Assembly: GCA_947165025.1 (NCBI GenBank)
Contig: CAMUYQ010000003.1
Location: 54,747-118,746, forward strand
Direction of reading: 5' to 3'
Length of the DNA: 64,000 nucleotides
From: an uncultured Lachnospiraceae bacterium
GTDB lineage: Bacteria > Bacillota > Clostridia > Lachnospirales > Lachnospiraceae
A program made the translations under genes and the position numbers. The notes beneath the pieces are model-generated. The model saw only the letters and a program-made list of their open reading frames with translations, made no database searches and was not told the DNA's origin. Position 1 is the stretch's first letter; the number at the start of each line of letters is the position of its first letter. Positions 16,684-25,056 of this stretch are shown piece by piece.

Positions 16684-17607
16684 ATGACAGGAACAGCAGT
16701 AGCATCATGTTTCAATTACAGCAGTTACGCAAGTTATCAGACTTCAAGTAAGAAGACGGGTGAGGTATTGTTTTCCGATAGTATTGATGTCAATAGTGAC
16801 AAGGTGAAAAAAGAGGAGTCCCAGAGGGGATCTGTTATGGAGGAATACTATGCAAGAAAGCCTCAGTACAAAGAAAGGGCAAAAGAACGAGTTGATGGCG
16901 GTTATGTTGTTCTAAAGTGTGCCGGGATTTCCACCGAGGACATGGAGAACATGTCCATGAATGAGTTTAAAGATGTGATGAGCAAGGTTATTGCCGGGAT
17001 TCCGCATCATGCCACAAGACCATATGATGAAGAAACGGTACTTATTTCCGAAGAAGGTTGGGAAAACATGAAGAAGGATCCTGATTATGCAGCATATGTG
17101 GTGGGTCTGCTTCAGGAAGACAGATCCTTTGCAAATCCGTTCTTTGCGCTGGGGGATAAAGGAAGTTATATTGTGCAGCATTTTGGCGCATCTCCGGAGG
17201 ACTATCATGGAGTCGGATTTAGCAAGATATACGGTGGTACTGCTGCGGGAGCACGTTCGATGTATAACTCGGCGAAGGCAGGAGGAATTGAGACGCGTGG
17301 CCCACAGGCGGATCTTCAGCCTCCGTCAGACTATAATCTTTGGGAAGAGAGAAGAAAAGCAAAGAGGCGTAAAAGAAAAGAGCAGCTTGATGAAGAAATC
17401 ATGTCTCAATATTATCAGAAGAAGCATTTGAACGATCTGTATGAAAAGAAACTTTACGAGAACAAGGAACTTGCACGATCTCGCAGTGTGGCTGAAATGA
17501 TAGGATCACGGAGCAATACATCACATGCGCCGAAGCTTTCTATGGCAAGCGGTACGGCGTTTTATGAAGCGGCGTTTATGACATCTGATATAACTGAAAT
17601 GTTTTAG
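16684..17607 (+). CDS. Hypothetical protein, paralogue family member (cluster gene 10)
   Basis: LISEEGWENMKKDPDYAAYVV ... IVQHFGASPED aligns by eye with the next gene and with 12342-12923; basic KRRKRK segment near the C-terminus. Confidence 0.65.
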   Translation: MTGTAVASCFNYSSYASYQTSSKKTGEVLFSDSIDVNSDKVKKEESQRGSVMEEYYARKPQYKERAKERVDGGYVVLKCAGISTEDMENMSMNEFKDVMSKVIAGIPHHATRPYDEETVLISEEGWENMKKDPDYAAYVVGLLQEDRSFANPFFALGDKGSYIVQHFGASPEDYHGVGFSKIYGGTAAGARSMYNSAKAGGIETRGPQADLQPPSDYNLWEERRKAKRRKRKEQLDEEIMSQYYQKKHLNDLYEKKLYENKELARSRSVAEMIGSRSNTSHAPKLSMASGTAFYEAAFMTSDITEMF

Positions 17608-17618
17608 GAGCATCTTGT

Positions 17619-18254
17619 ATGAACAATATGATCACAATCAGCAGTATGAGTCGCGCATTCCGACAGACACCGGTTCGCAGACCAAGTAAAAATGATGTAA
17701 GAGGAGCATCATTTGCGGACTGCGTTCAAAAAGAAGCGGATAAACAGAACATTCCGAATAACGAAACTATGCGTAGTGTAGACGAATATCGGACATACCT
17801 GAACGATAAGCTTCAGAATCTCTCATTTGATTCATCAAACAGAATGGACACCACGATGGTATCCTTATCGGATGCTGGTATTAATCGTATGATGAAGGAT
17901 CCCGAATATGAGAAATGGGTTATCTGTCAGGTTAGTTCCATGATTTCAACAGATGATCCGTTCAGCGGTATGGCAGGCGGAAAGTTTATCATAATGCGCT
18001 TTGGAGAGAGAGAATCAGATCTTAGTGTAACAATAGAGAGAGCCGGTTTTTCAAACGGACAGGACAGTATGATGCCAAAGACTCATAAAGATGAAGATGA
18101 GAATTTCTGGAACAGACGGCAAAACCGGCTTGAAGAGCAGATTGATGTAAGTGAGGAGATTCGTGAAAGAGAAGCGGAAGGTCTTTCAATAATGATCAAT
18201 CCGTTTTTGGATATAAGCGGGAAAAAAGCCATTGAGGGTAATACCGCCAACTGA
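17619..18254 (+). CDS. Hypothetical protein, paralogue family member (cluster gene 11)
   Basis: SLSDAGINRMMKDPEYEKWVI ... IIMRFGERESD; starts 11 nt after the upstream stop codon. Confidence 0.65.
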   Translation: MNNMITISSMSRAFRQTPVRRPSKNDVRGASFADCVQKEADKQNIPNNETMRSVDEYRTYLNDKLQNLSFDSSNRMDTTMVSLSDAGINRMMKDPEYEKWVICQVSSMISTDDPFSGMAGGKFIIMRFGERESDLSVTIERAGFSNGQDSMMPKTHKDEDENFWNRRQNRLEEQIDVSEEIREREAEGLSIMINPFLDISGKKAIEGNTAN

Positions 18255-18256
18255 AA

Positions 18257-18403
18257 TAGTCGTTTTATGTCATATTATAGTCAGTTTATGCAGAGGGTGT
18301 TTAGTGGTTATACAGACACGACGATAAAACTTTCAGATCAATATAAGAGCTAAGGATAGCGGCTGTGTTCAAAGGAGTGAACCTTGATCACGGTCGTTTT
18401 TTT
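18257..18403 (+). promoter_or_regulatory. Regulatory cassette, copy 4
   Basis: TAGTCGTTTTA (18257) and TAGTCAGTTTA (18278), 21 bp apart. GACGATAA at 18320-18327. GCTAAGGATAGC at 18349-18360. Imperfect hairpin 18359-18395 followed by TTTTTTT. Confidence 0.55.
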
Positions 18404-18488
18404 GTAATCAAAAATAAGATACCGCTCGGACCTTTCCGGAGAGCGGTGCGGCTCTGACTGACAGATGAGTCGCGGAAAGGGGGACAAT

Positions 18489-20678
18489 ATGTCATTTGCA
18501 GTACAAACAAGTTTTAATCAAACGTATCAGTATGGGAGCTTTGGCTCTAAATCTAATCGTGGAGAGGATTCTATAGGAAGAGAATTCATGGGAAGCGCTA
18601 CTTCACGAACCACTTCATCTGATAAGGGTGAAAATATCGGCGTTATGACGATTGGTAACATAGGGTATATTGCCAAATATGCGGACTCATCGACAGAAGA
18701 AGATCCTATCATCAAAGTCGGAGATTATGAGGTCAGGGTAAATGATGTTGATCCGCATAATGCTACTAAGGTAGAGATGTTTGCGCTGATGAGCTATATG
18801 GATGATAAAGGTCTCATCGAGAACACCGGCATGAAATCATTTGGAAAAATGACAGCGTATGGGGCACAGGCGGAATATAACGGATTTTGTAGTGATCTAT
18901 CCGATCCTGAGCTGGCATGGACAAAGAACAGAGACTGGACAGCGATACTGCAAAACGCAAAAGAAACATTTTTTGGTATTCCGCAGGCATATAATCAAGG
19001 GCTTAACTGCGAGAACATTGTTGCCGGACTTGAGCGTTGGGCAGAGACAAGGTGTGATAAAGGCGAGAATATAATTACAGAGGTATCCGGTGAGAGTGAA
19101 GTGTCAAGTGATATGGATGCCACATGTATTCCGGTTGTCGGCAAAGGATATGGCGATCCGGCCGCATACACCAGGTGTATTACAGCTAATATCAAGACCA
19201 AGGAAGCCTATGTACAGCAGAATTCCAACGGAGAAGTGATTTATTCGTACAGGGAGACGGAGCAGTCATTCAATATCATCATCAATTCTGACGGTAAGGA
19301 TAAAACATACACGATAACCGGTATTGACGAAAACGGCGAGGAGTTTGAAAGAGCGTTTGATCCATATGATCTGGATCCTAAAGATATGGATTATCCCGAG
19401 TTCGCTGCGATGTGCATGTACATCAGACAGACGGATGAAACAGCTGATCTGATAGCTAGCAGCTATTTTACGGATACAAGCTATTTCGACGGGATATTTG
19501 ACAGAGGTGATCGTGTCAGCCTGCTGGGACAGTATGCTGAAGAGTATGGTAATTCTGAGCCGTCCCTTGCAAGCCTTGCGAATAAGATATTTGAAGCTAT
19601 AAGTACATTTTTCGACAGAGCAATGAGGGGAAACGGATTCTCTGAAGAAGCATTCTCACTCCTGTTTGCGGACCTTGATGATATCGAGACGCAGGAAAAG
19701 ATCAGTGCGCTCAAAAACGGATATACCTATTCTGACAACACAACCGATCCGGTATCCGAAACAATTGTTTCAAAACACAATCAGTACACGGATCCTGATA
19801 CCGGTGAGATTGTTCCGGTGAATATCAGATATATCACAGCCTATACTGATGAGGGGATCTCCTGTAAGGAAATAAAAGATGAAGGGGGAAAAATATCACA
19901 GAGAGATTTATGGAGTCTATCTTATGATTCTCCGGACAGTTATGAAAAGGTTCAGGAGTTCTTAAAGAGTTTTTCGAAGGATCAGAATCTTACATTTGCT
20001 CCACAGGAGAAGTTTTGGAAGGATTTCATGAAGGATGATTTTGATATTGACGGATTCCGTGCATATTACGATTCCACCGATAACGGAAAGATAAATGTAG
20101 AGAAGGGATTACAGGAGGGCAAGAATCTGGGAGATCTCTTGACCGAGCCTTTTGCCGAATATATCAACAACACTCATTTTATCGGCAAGGTATTTACGGA
20201 GCAGGAAATGTGGGATAACTGGAATGCCCAAATAGAAGCAAACCAGAGGACTTTGGGCTTAAACTGTACAGGAGATATAGCATCCACAGATTCCAGGGAT
20301 AAGGTCCGTGAAATGAGAGAACAGGCATTTTTGGGGATTGGAAAGAATGCTTCGGAGAACGTAAAAAAAGCCTGGCTGGAGGCTGCAGATGAAATTGGAA
20401 TGGACGGACAGGGATTATCGGCTACCGGAACACTTGATCATATCCCGCAGTTTATGATACAGCGATTTATCCGCCAGTATAACGGATATGATCCGGATGA
20501 TGTTCTGGGGAGTACGGTAAGCTCGGCCATCCAGGCGGCTCAGGACGCTATTTATGCTCTTGACCATCCTCTCGAGCCTGATACAACAAGGAGTTCGAAA
20601 GTACTTGCGGCGAGGGAGAAAGAGAGAGCTTTCTATGAGCGTTTTATAGAAAAACTCATGGGAATGAGAGCGCTCTAA
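18489..20678 (+). CDS. Large hypothetical protein (729 aa from ATG 18489; cluster gene 12)
   Basis: ATG 18489 behind SD AAAGGGGGA (the track ORF starts 24 nt upstream); no TM helix, signal peptide or catalytic motif recognised. Confidence 0.65.
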   Translation: MSFAVQTSFNQTYQYGSFGSKSNRGEDSIGREFMGSATSRTTSSDKGENIGVMTIGNIGYIAKYADSSTEEDPIIKVGDYEVRVNDVDPHNATKVEMFALMSYMDDKGLIENTGMKSFGKMTAYGAQAEYNGFCSDLSDPELAWTKNRDWTAILQNAKETFFGIPQAYNQGLNCENIVAGLERWAETRCDKGENIITEVSGESEVSSDMDATCIPVVGKGYGDPAAYTRCITANIKTKEAYVQQNSNGEVIYSYRETEQSFNIIINSDGKDKTYTITGIDENGEEFERAFDPYDLDPKDMDYPEFAAMCMYIRQTDETADLIASSYFTDTSYFDGIFDRGDRVSLLGQYAEEYGNSEPSLASLANKIFEAISTFFDRAMRGNGFSEEAFSLLFADLDDIETQEKISALKNGYTYSDNTTDPVSETIVSKHNQYTDPDTGEIVPVNIRYITAYTDEGISCKEIKDEGGKISQRDLWSLSYDSPDSYEKVQEFLKSFSKDQNLTFAPQEKFWKDFMKDDFDIDGFRAYYDSTDNGKINVEKGLQEGKNLGDLLTEPFAEYINNTHFIGKVFTEQEMWDNWNAQIEANQRTLGLNCTGDIASTDSRDKVREMREQAFLGIGKNASENVKKAWLEAADEIGMDGQGLSATGTLDHIPQFMIQRFIRQYNGYDPDDVLGSTVSSAIQAAQDAIYALDHPLEPDTTRSSKVLAAREKERAFYERFIEKLMGMRAL

Positions 20679-20684
20679 AACTTC

Positions 20685-20766
20685 GCCAATATATTCAAGT
20701 CGAAATTTAATAAGAGTTATGGAAAGTGGCTGTGTTCAAAGGATTGAACTTTGGACACAGCTTTTT
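20685..20766 (+). promoter_or_regulatory. Partial regulatory cassette, copy 5 (GCCAATAT box, GGA-apex terminator-like hairpin)
   Basis: GCCAATAT at 20685-20692 with no TAAA at the proper spacing and no clear LytTR repeats. Hairpin GCTGTGTTCAAAGG/CTTTGGACACAGC (20729-20761) followed by TTTTT. Confidence 0.4.
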
Positions 20767-20821
20767 CGTACCAAACAAAGCATAAACAGACAGGAAAACA
20801 AGGACTGGAGGGTAGTGATTA

Positions 20822-22135
20822 ATGAAAATTGCAGACAGTACAGTAAACATGATGTCGGGGAGAAACTATACTCAGACCGGGATGAAGAACGGGGTGGCCG
20901 GTTATGAAAGCAGCTTCACGGGAATGATCAACAGATATAACACCCATAGGGATAATGCTCTTGCAAAGGACACTTATCAATCCGGCAAGGATAATGGTGG
21001 GATGGGTTCTTACAATATGGATGATATCGGGTATTTCAAGGGACTCGGAAAAATCACATCTGGAAGCCTATTTGGAGCGGGAGCAGGTGCGTCAGCTTTT
21101 CAAAACAACACTCTGGCCGCGATGTTTAAGAGATTCGCATCTTTTGGAATGATAGGCGGCGCGGCTATTGGCGGATACTCCTCGAGTATGGTCACGTATT
21201 CCGAAACCGAAGAGACAGGGTTTCATGCGTGCGGTAAGGCATGTACAGAGGACGGCCGGACGATCGATTTTAATGTAAATATCCTGATGAGCAGGAGCTA
21301 TATGGAATATATGAACGTAAGGATCCCGACTATGGCTGATGCCCTGTTTGATCCGCTTATTGTCAATATAGGATCTGATACAGCGGATGTGCGGGATCAG
21401 ACTTTTAAGTTTGATCTTGATGCCGACGGGTGTGAGGATGAAATATCCATGCTTGGTAAGTGCTCGGGATTTCTTGCTTTGGATAAAGACGGAAACGGAA
21501 AAATCGATGACGGCAATGAATTGTTCGGAACAAAGAGCGGTGACGGATTCGGTGAGCTTCGGGAATATGACAGTGATGGTAATGGATGGATCGATGAGAA
21601 CGACGAGATATTCTCAAAACTTAAGGTATGGTGCAAGGATGAGAACGGTAATGACGTACTCATGGATCTGAAGGAGGCAGACATCGGAGCTATATATCTG
21701 GGAGAACAGCGGACGGAGTTTACACTTGGCGGGGCAGACGGTTACAGAGACGGAGTGATCAGATCCACAGGGGTATTTCTTCGCGAGAGTGGAGGCGCAG
21801 GTACAATACAGCATGTGGACTTGTCCATGAAACAAAACGGTCTGGGTACAAAGGTCAGCGGTGATGATACAGTTATGGATGTAAGTACATCCGACAACCG
21901 AAATCAGAGCAATGCCACCAGGAGACAGGAAGAAAGACGGCGGCAGGAAGCAAAGGCAAGAAGGAGAAAAGCTGATGATAAGGCAGCTGCGGATGCCATG
22001 TACAGAAGACAGATGGAAAATAGGAAATACATGAATAAGCTTCAGGAGAGGCGATTTATGGAGAGAAAGGAATACCATGAGGAACTGAGCGAGGAGCAGA
22101 TGGAGAAACTGCTTGAAGATCAGGAAGCAGTATAA
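20822..22135 (+). CDS. Hypothetical protein with EF-hand-like DxDxDG calcium-binding repeats and a basic C-terminal tail (cluster gene 13)
   Basis: DLDADGCEDEI, LDKDGNGKIDDGNELFG, YDSDGNGWIDENDEIF, CKDENGNDVL; C-terminal RRQEERRRQEAKARRRK; no signal peptide. Confidence 0.7.
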   Translation: MKIADSTVNMMSGRNYTQTGMKNGVAGYESSFTGMINRYNTHRDNALAKDTYQSGKDNGGMGSYNMDDIGYFKGLGKITSGSLFGAGAGASAFQNNTLAAMFKRFASFGMIGGAAIGGYSSSMVTYSETEETGFHACGKACTEDGRTIDFNVNILMSRSYMEYMNVRIPTMADALFDPLIVNIGSDTADVRDQTFKFDLDADGCEDEISMLGKCSGFLALDKDGNGKIDDGNELFGTKSGDGFGELREYDSDGNGWIDENDEIFSKLKVWCKDENGNDVLMDLKEADIGAIYLGEQRTEFTLGGADGYRDGVIRSTGVFLRESGGAGTIQHVDLSMKQNGLGTKVSGDDTVMDVSTSDNRNQSNATRRQEERRRQEAKARRRKADDKAAADAMYRRQMENRKYMNKLQERRFMERKEYHEELSEEQMEKLLEDQEAV

Positions 22136-22231
22136 CAATCCGGTTTTAAATAATCCCTTCTTCATATATGCCGACTTCGTCAAAAGGCGGAGCCGGCATA
22201 GCTTTATATGGGAATAAGGATTATTTCGATA

Positions 22232-24625
22232 TCAATGCCCTATATCGTCAAACAAATCATATACCGGTGTGCGTGTAGGCTCCGGATCGTAATCGTAGTC
22301 ATAATCATAATCAGTACGGTCATCGGCTGAGTGCGAGGCAGTATAATCCCTTTCGGTTATTCCTGCATCAGATCTCGAGAGCGTCTCCTCTTTAACCGGA
22401 GTCTTCGGTTCAAGAGCCTTAAGAGCTGCTATATACGGTTCTTGCGTAAAGCTTCGATCCATTGCAAGTTTAGAGTCACGGTCGATCATTTTGATATTTC
22501 GATATTCGCCTGTAACGCAGTTCAAGTTAACGGAAGCTGCCTTCAACAAGCCTTCCAGAATACGGAGCTGATGCAGATAATCATCGTAATTGTTCTCTGA
22601 CAGCCCAAGATTAAGAGCCTTCTGCTTCAGCTCTTTGTATCTTAGGATCTGCATTGTTGTTTCCATATCGACAGACTGAATTATCTCACTAAGAGCATTT
22701 GTTTTTTCTTCCTCAGTCAGTTGGGGGTCCTGCTCGCTGTCTTTGTTGTGAAGATGTCTGTATTTTGCTTCGAGATAACGTTCCTCTTTATTTTTCTCAT
22801 ATTCAGCATAGGATATAAGAACTTCCGGCCTTTGAAGGTCCTTGTTACTTAAGAATCTGATGATCTGCTCGGCTTCAGCAAACGTAAGCTCATTATACGG
22901 ACAGGTGAGTTTCCATCTGTCAGAGTTAGTGTTTAACAAGTTGTAAAGATCGACTTTCTGCTTGCTTGTCATAGGCTCCAGCAGTGCATGCTCATGGCGT
23001 ATTGTCGACTTATCGGGGTATGTGAGCAGTCGATCGATCTGAGAAAGATCAAAGCCTTTAAGTACACGCTCTAAGCTTTGAAGACCCCTGATCACAGATT
23101 CTTTTTCCTGATAGCACTTTACCGAACCCTCCAGTTTATCGATATACTTCTTAAGATTACTCCAGGTCTTGCCTATTTCCCGGAATCGACTTCTGATATC
23201 AGCATGAGTGTATAAACCAAGAAGGTTTGCCGCATACATGGATCGCTGCATCCTCAGGATCTTCTTGTCTATATCAGAGATCACAGGATGAGATCTGAGG
23301 AGTTCCTCGCGATCTTTATCTTTAAATAGGGACATGATTGTATCAATGATCAGCTCTTTGAAGTATTTAAGAACTTTGATGGCATAAAGAAATACTATCT
23401 CCAGATTCGATCTCCGGCAGCCGTTTTCATTGTATCTGCTTATATTCATGTTGAATTCGTTTGTGCGTGGATCTTTTGATATATAATCGATGCGATCGAT
23501 CCTGTACTGCTGTTCAGCCCTCTTTTCCTCCTGAAGAACCTGTCTTTCAGGAATCGGTTTGCCGCCATTATCAAATCCTATGCCGGAATCCCAGCCCATT
23601 CGCTGGCATATGGCTTTTCTCATATATTTTTCACCAAGTGCTATATCCCTTACCTGGAACGGCAAAATGCTGTCTTTCATATGAAGATCATGGCATATGA
23701 ACAGAACATGATCAGGTGTCTGCGAAATGTCATATCTGCTGATCCCGGTTTTCGGATCCGTGTATTGCTCCGACATGAACTCCATAAATCCCTGCCAGCT
23801 TGTAACACCGTGTTCCTTGCATTCCGCTAGAGCGCTATCAATATCTTGTCTGATGCGGTCTTTATTGCTCGTACCGTCATGACTCTTTGCTCTTACATAT
23901 TCTTCAGCCACATCCGGGACATCCGGCGTATGATTTTTATGATCGATATCCGCATCAAGCAGTATGGGAAGATCATGTGCGAGGCTTATCTCGTCATTGA
24001 GATTGCGGAGCTTACGTCGTAGTGCTTTGTTCATGCATATTTTATGAGTGCCGTCCATAGAGAATGCACAGACAACGATATGGTTATGGACATGATCCGT
24101 ATTCATGTGTGTTGATACAACACATTGAAATCCGGGAAAAGCTCTTTTGGCATATTCAACCCCGATCCTGTGAACAAGAAGCGGATCCGGAGGTGTCCCG
24201 CCATGTTCTTTACCGGGAAATGACTGTATAAAGTGTTCAGCATCTATCGGTTTCTTTTCGACGGTAATGCGTCTGCCAGTCTTCTTGTCTGTATATGTAG
24301 CGTACTTGGCGCTTCCTCTGCGCCTTCTGCCATTACCGTTTTCTTCATACTTATACTTGGACGCTGCAAAGTCAACAGAGGCCATTTCTTCGATACAGTT
24401 GATGCCGGTAACAAGGACTGTCTTATCACCGTCAAGTTCCATAACCGTCTTTTCGAGATTTTTAGCATACTTAAGAACAACATCGAAGTTGTCATCTTCG
24501 ACTACGGTGTCCTTCGCTTCATATGACTTATCCGTCAAAGTGTTCTTCGTTTCATCGTTAACGTAGTTGATGCATGAAGCAACGCCTTTGGAACTATGTA
24601 TTGGGATGTTTTTAAGTATAGCCAT
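22232..24625 (-). CDS. Relaxase/mobilisation nuclease-domain protein (MobA/VirD2 superfamily) with a long C-terminal extension
   Basis: N-terminal relaxase region with His triad HMNTDHVHNHIVV; 797 aa; convergent with the unknown-function cluster. Confidence 0.8.
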   Translation of the reverse strand: MAILKNIPIHSSKGVASCINYVNDETKNTLTDKSYEAKDTVVEDDNFDVVLKYAKNLEKTVMELDGDKTVLVTGINCIEEMASVDFAASKYKYEENGNGRRRRGSAKYATYTDKKTGRRITVEKKPIDAEHFIQSFPGKEHGGTPPDPLLVHRIGVEYAKRAFPGFQCVVSTHMNTDHVHNHIVVCAFSMDGTHKICMNKALRRKLRNLNDEISLAHDLPILLDADIDHKNHTPDVPDVAEEYVRAKSHDGTSNKDRIRQDIDSALAECKEHGVTSWQGFMEFMSEQYTDPKTGISRYDISQTPDHVLFICHDLHMKDSILPFQVRDIALGEKYMRKAICQRMGWDSGIGFDNGGKPIPERQVLQEEKRAEQQYRIDRIDYISKDPRTNEFNMNISRYNENGCRRSNLEIVFLYAIKVLKYFKELIIDTIMSLFKDKDREELLRSHPVISDIDKKILRMQRSMYAANLLGLYTHADIRSRFREIGKTWSNLKKYIDKLEGSVKCYQEKESVIRGLQSLERVLKGFDLSQIDRLLTYPDKSTIRHEHALLEPMTSKQKVDLYNLLNTNSDRWKLTCPYNELTFAEAEQIIRFLSNKDLQRPEVLISYAEYEKNKEERYLEAKYRHLHNKDSEQDPQLTEEEKTNALSEIIQSVDMETTMQILRYKELKQKALNLGLSENNYDDYLHQLRILEGLLKAASVNLNCVTGEYRNIKMIDRDSKLAMDRSFTQEPYIAALKALEPKTPVKEETLSRSDAGITERDYTASHSADDRTDYDYDYDYDPEPTRTPVYDLFDDIGH

Positions 24626-25056
24626 ATCACTTTATCCTCCTTTACAGCCTGATTGTTATTTGTGTCGCAACTTCGGACATATTCAGCCGAAGGCTGCCTA
24701 TTTCACGCCCCGGCGTGAAGGGTACGGGCTTGCCTGTCGGGTGCAGGGTGGTAATCCTGCCAAGCGATAATCTGGGCCCACCAGGGACCGGATTATCTCT
24801 GCTTGCTATGTCTGAGATCAGGCAAGTTCATCTACCTAATACAGATTTTTTGGAAGATTTAAGACATGATCCGTACCCCCGGGAACATAAATAATCAGGC
24901 TAACGTCTCCTGCCCGTTAGCCTGTAAATGCCGTCATTTGAAATGTCCATTTGGGGGCAAATGTCTCGGAATGAAAAAATTTTATGTCTTAAAATCGGCG
25001 AAATCTTTGTATTAGAGAACTAAGCAACAGAAAAACTTCGAAAGGAGCGATGCAAG
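24626..25056. promoter_or_regulatory. Candidate oriT / divergent promoter region
   Basis: Lies directly upstream of the relaxase. Several inverted repeats: CACGCC-CC-GGCGTG (~24706), GATAATCTGG...CCGGATTATC (~24766-24797), AGGCTAACG...CGTTAGCCT (~24897-24923), TTTAAGACAT...ATGTCTTAAA (~24857/24984). Confidence 0.35.

Noticed and set aside
20676-20692. Canonical sigma-D promoter for the last cluster gene (TAAA at 20676, GCCAATAT at 20685)
   Set aside because: The spacer would be only 5 nt instead of ~15, so this unit more likely depends on read-through from the upstream gene.
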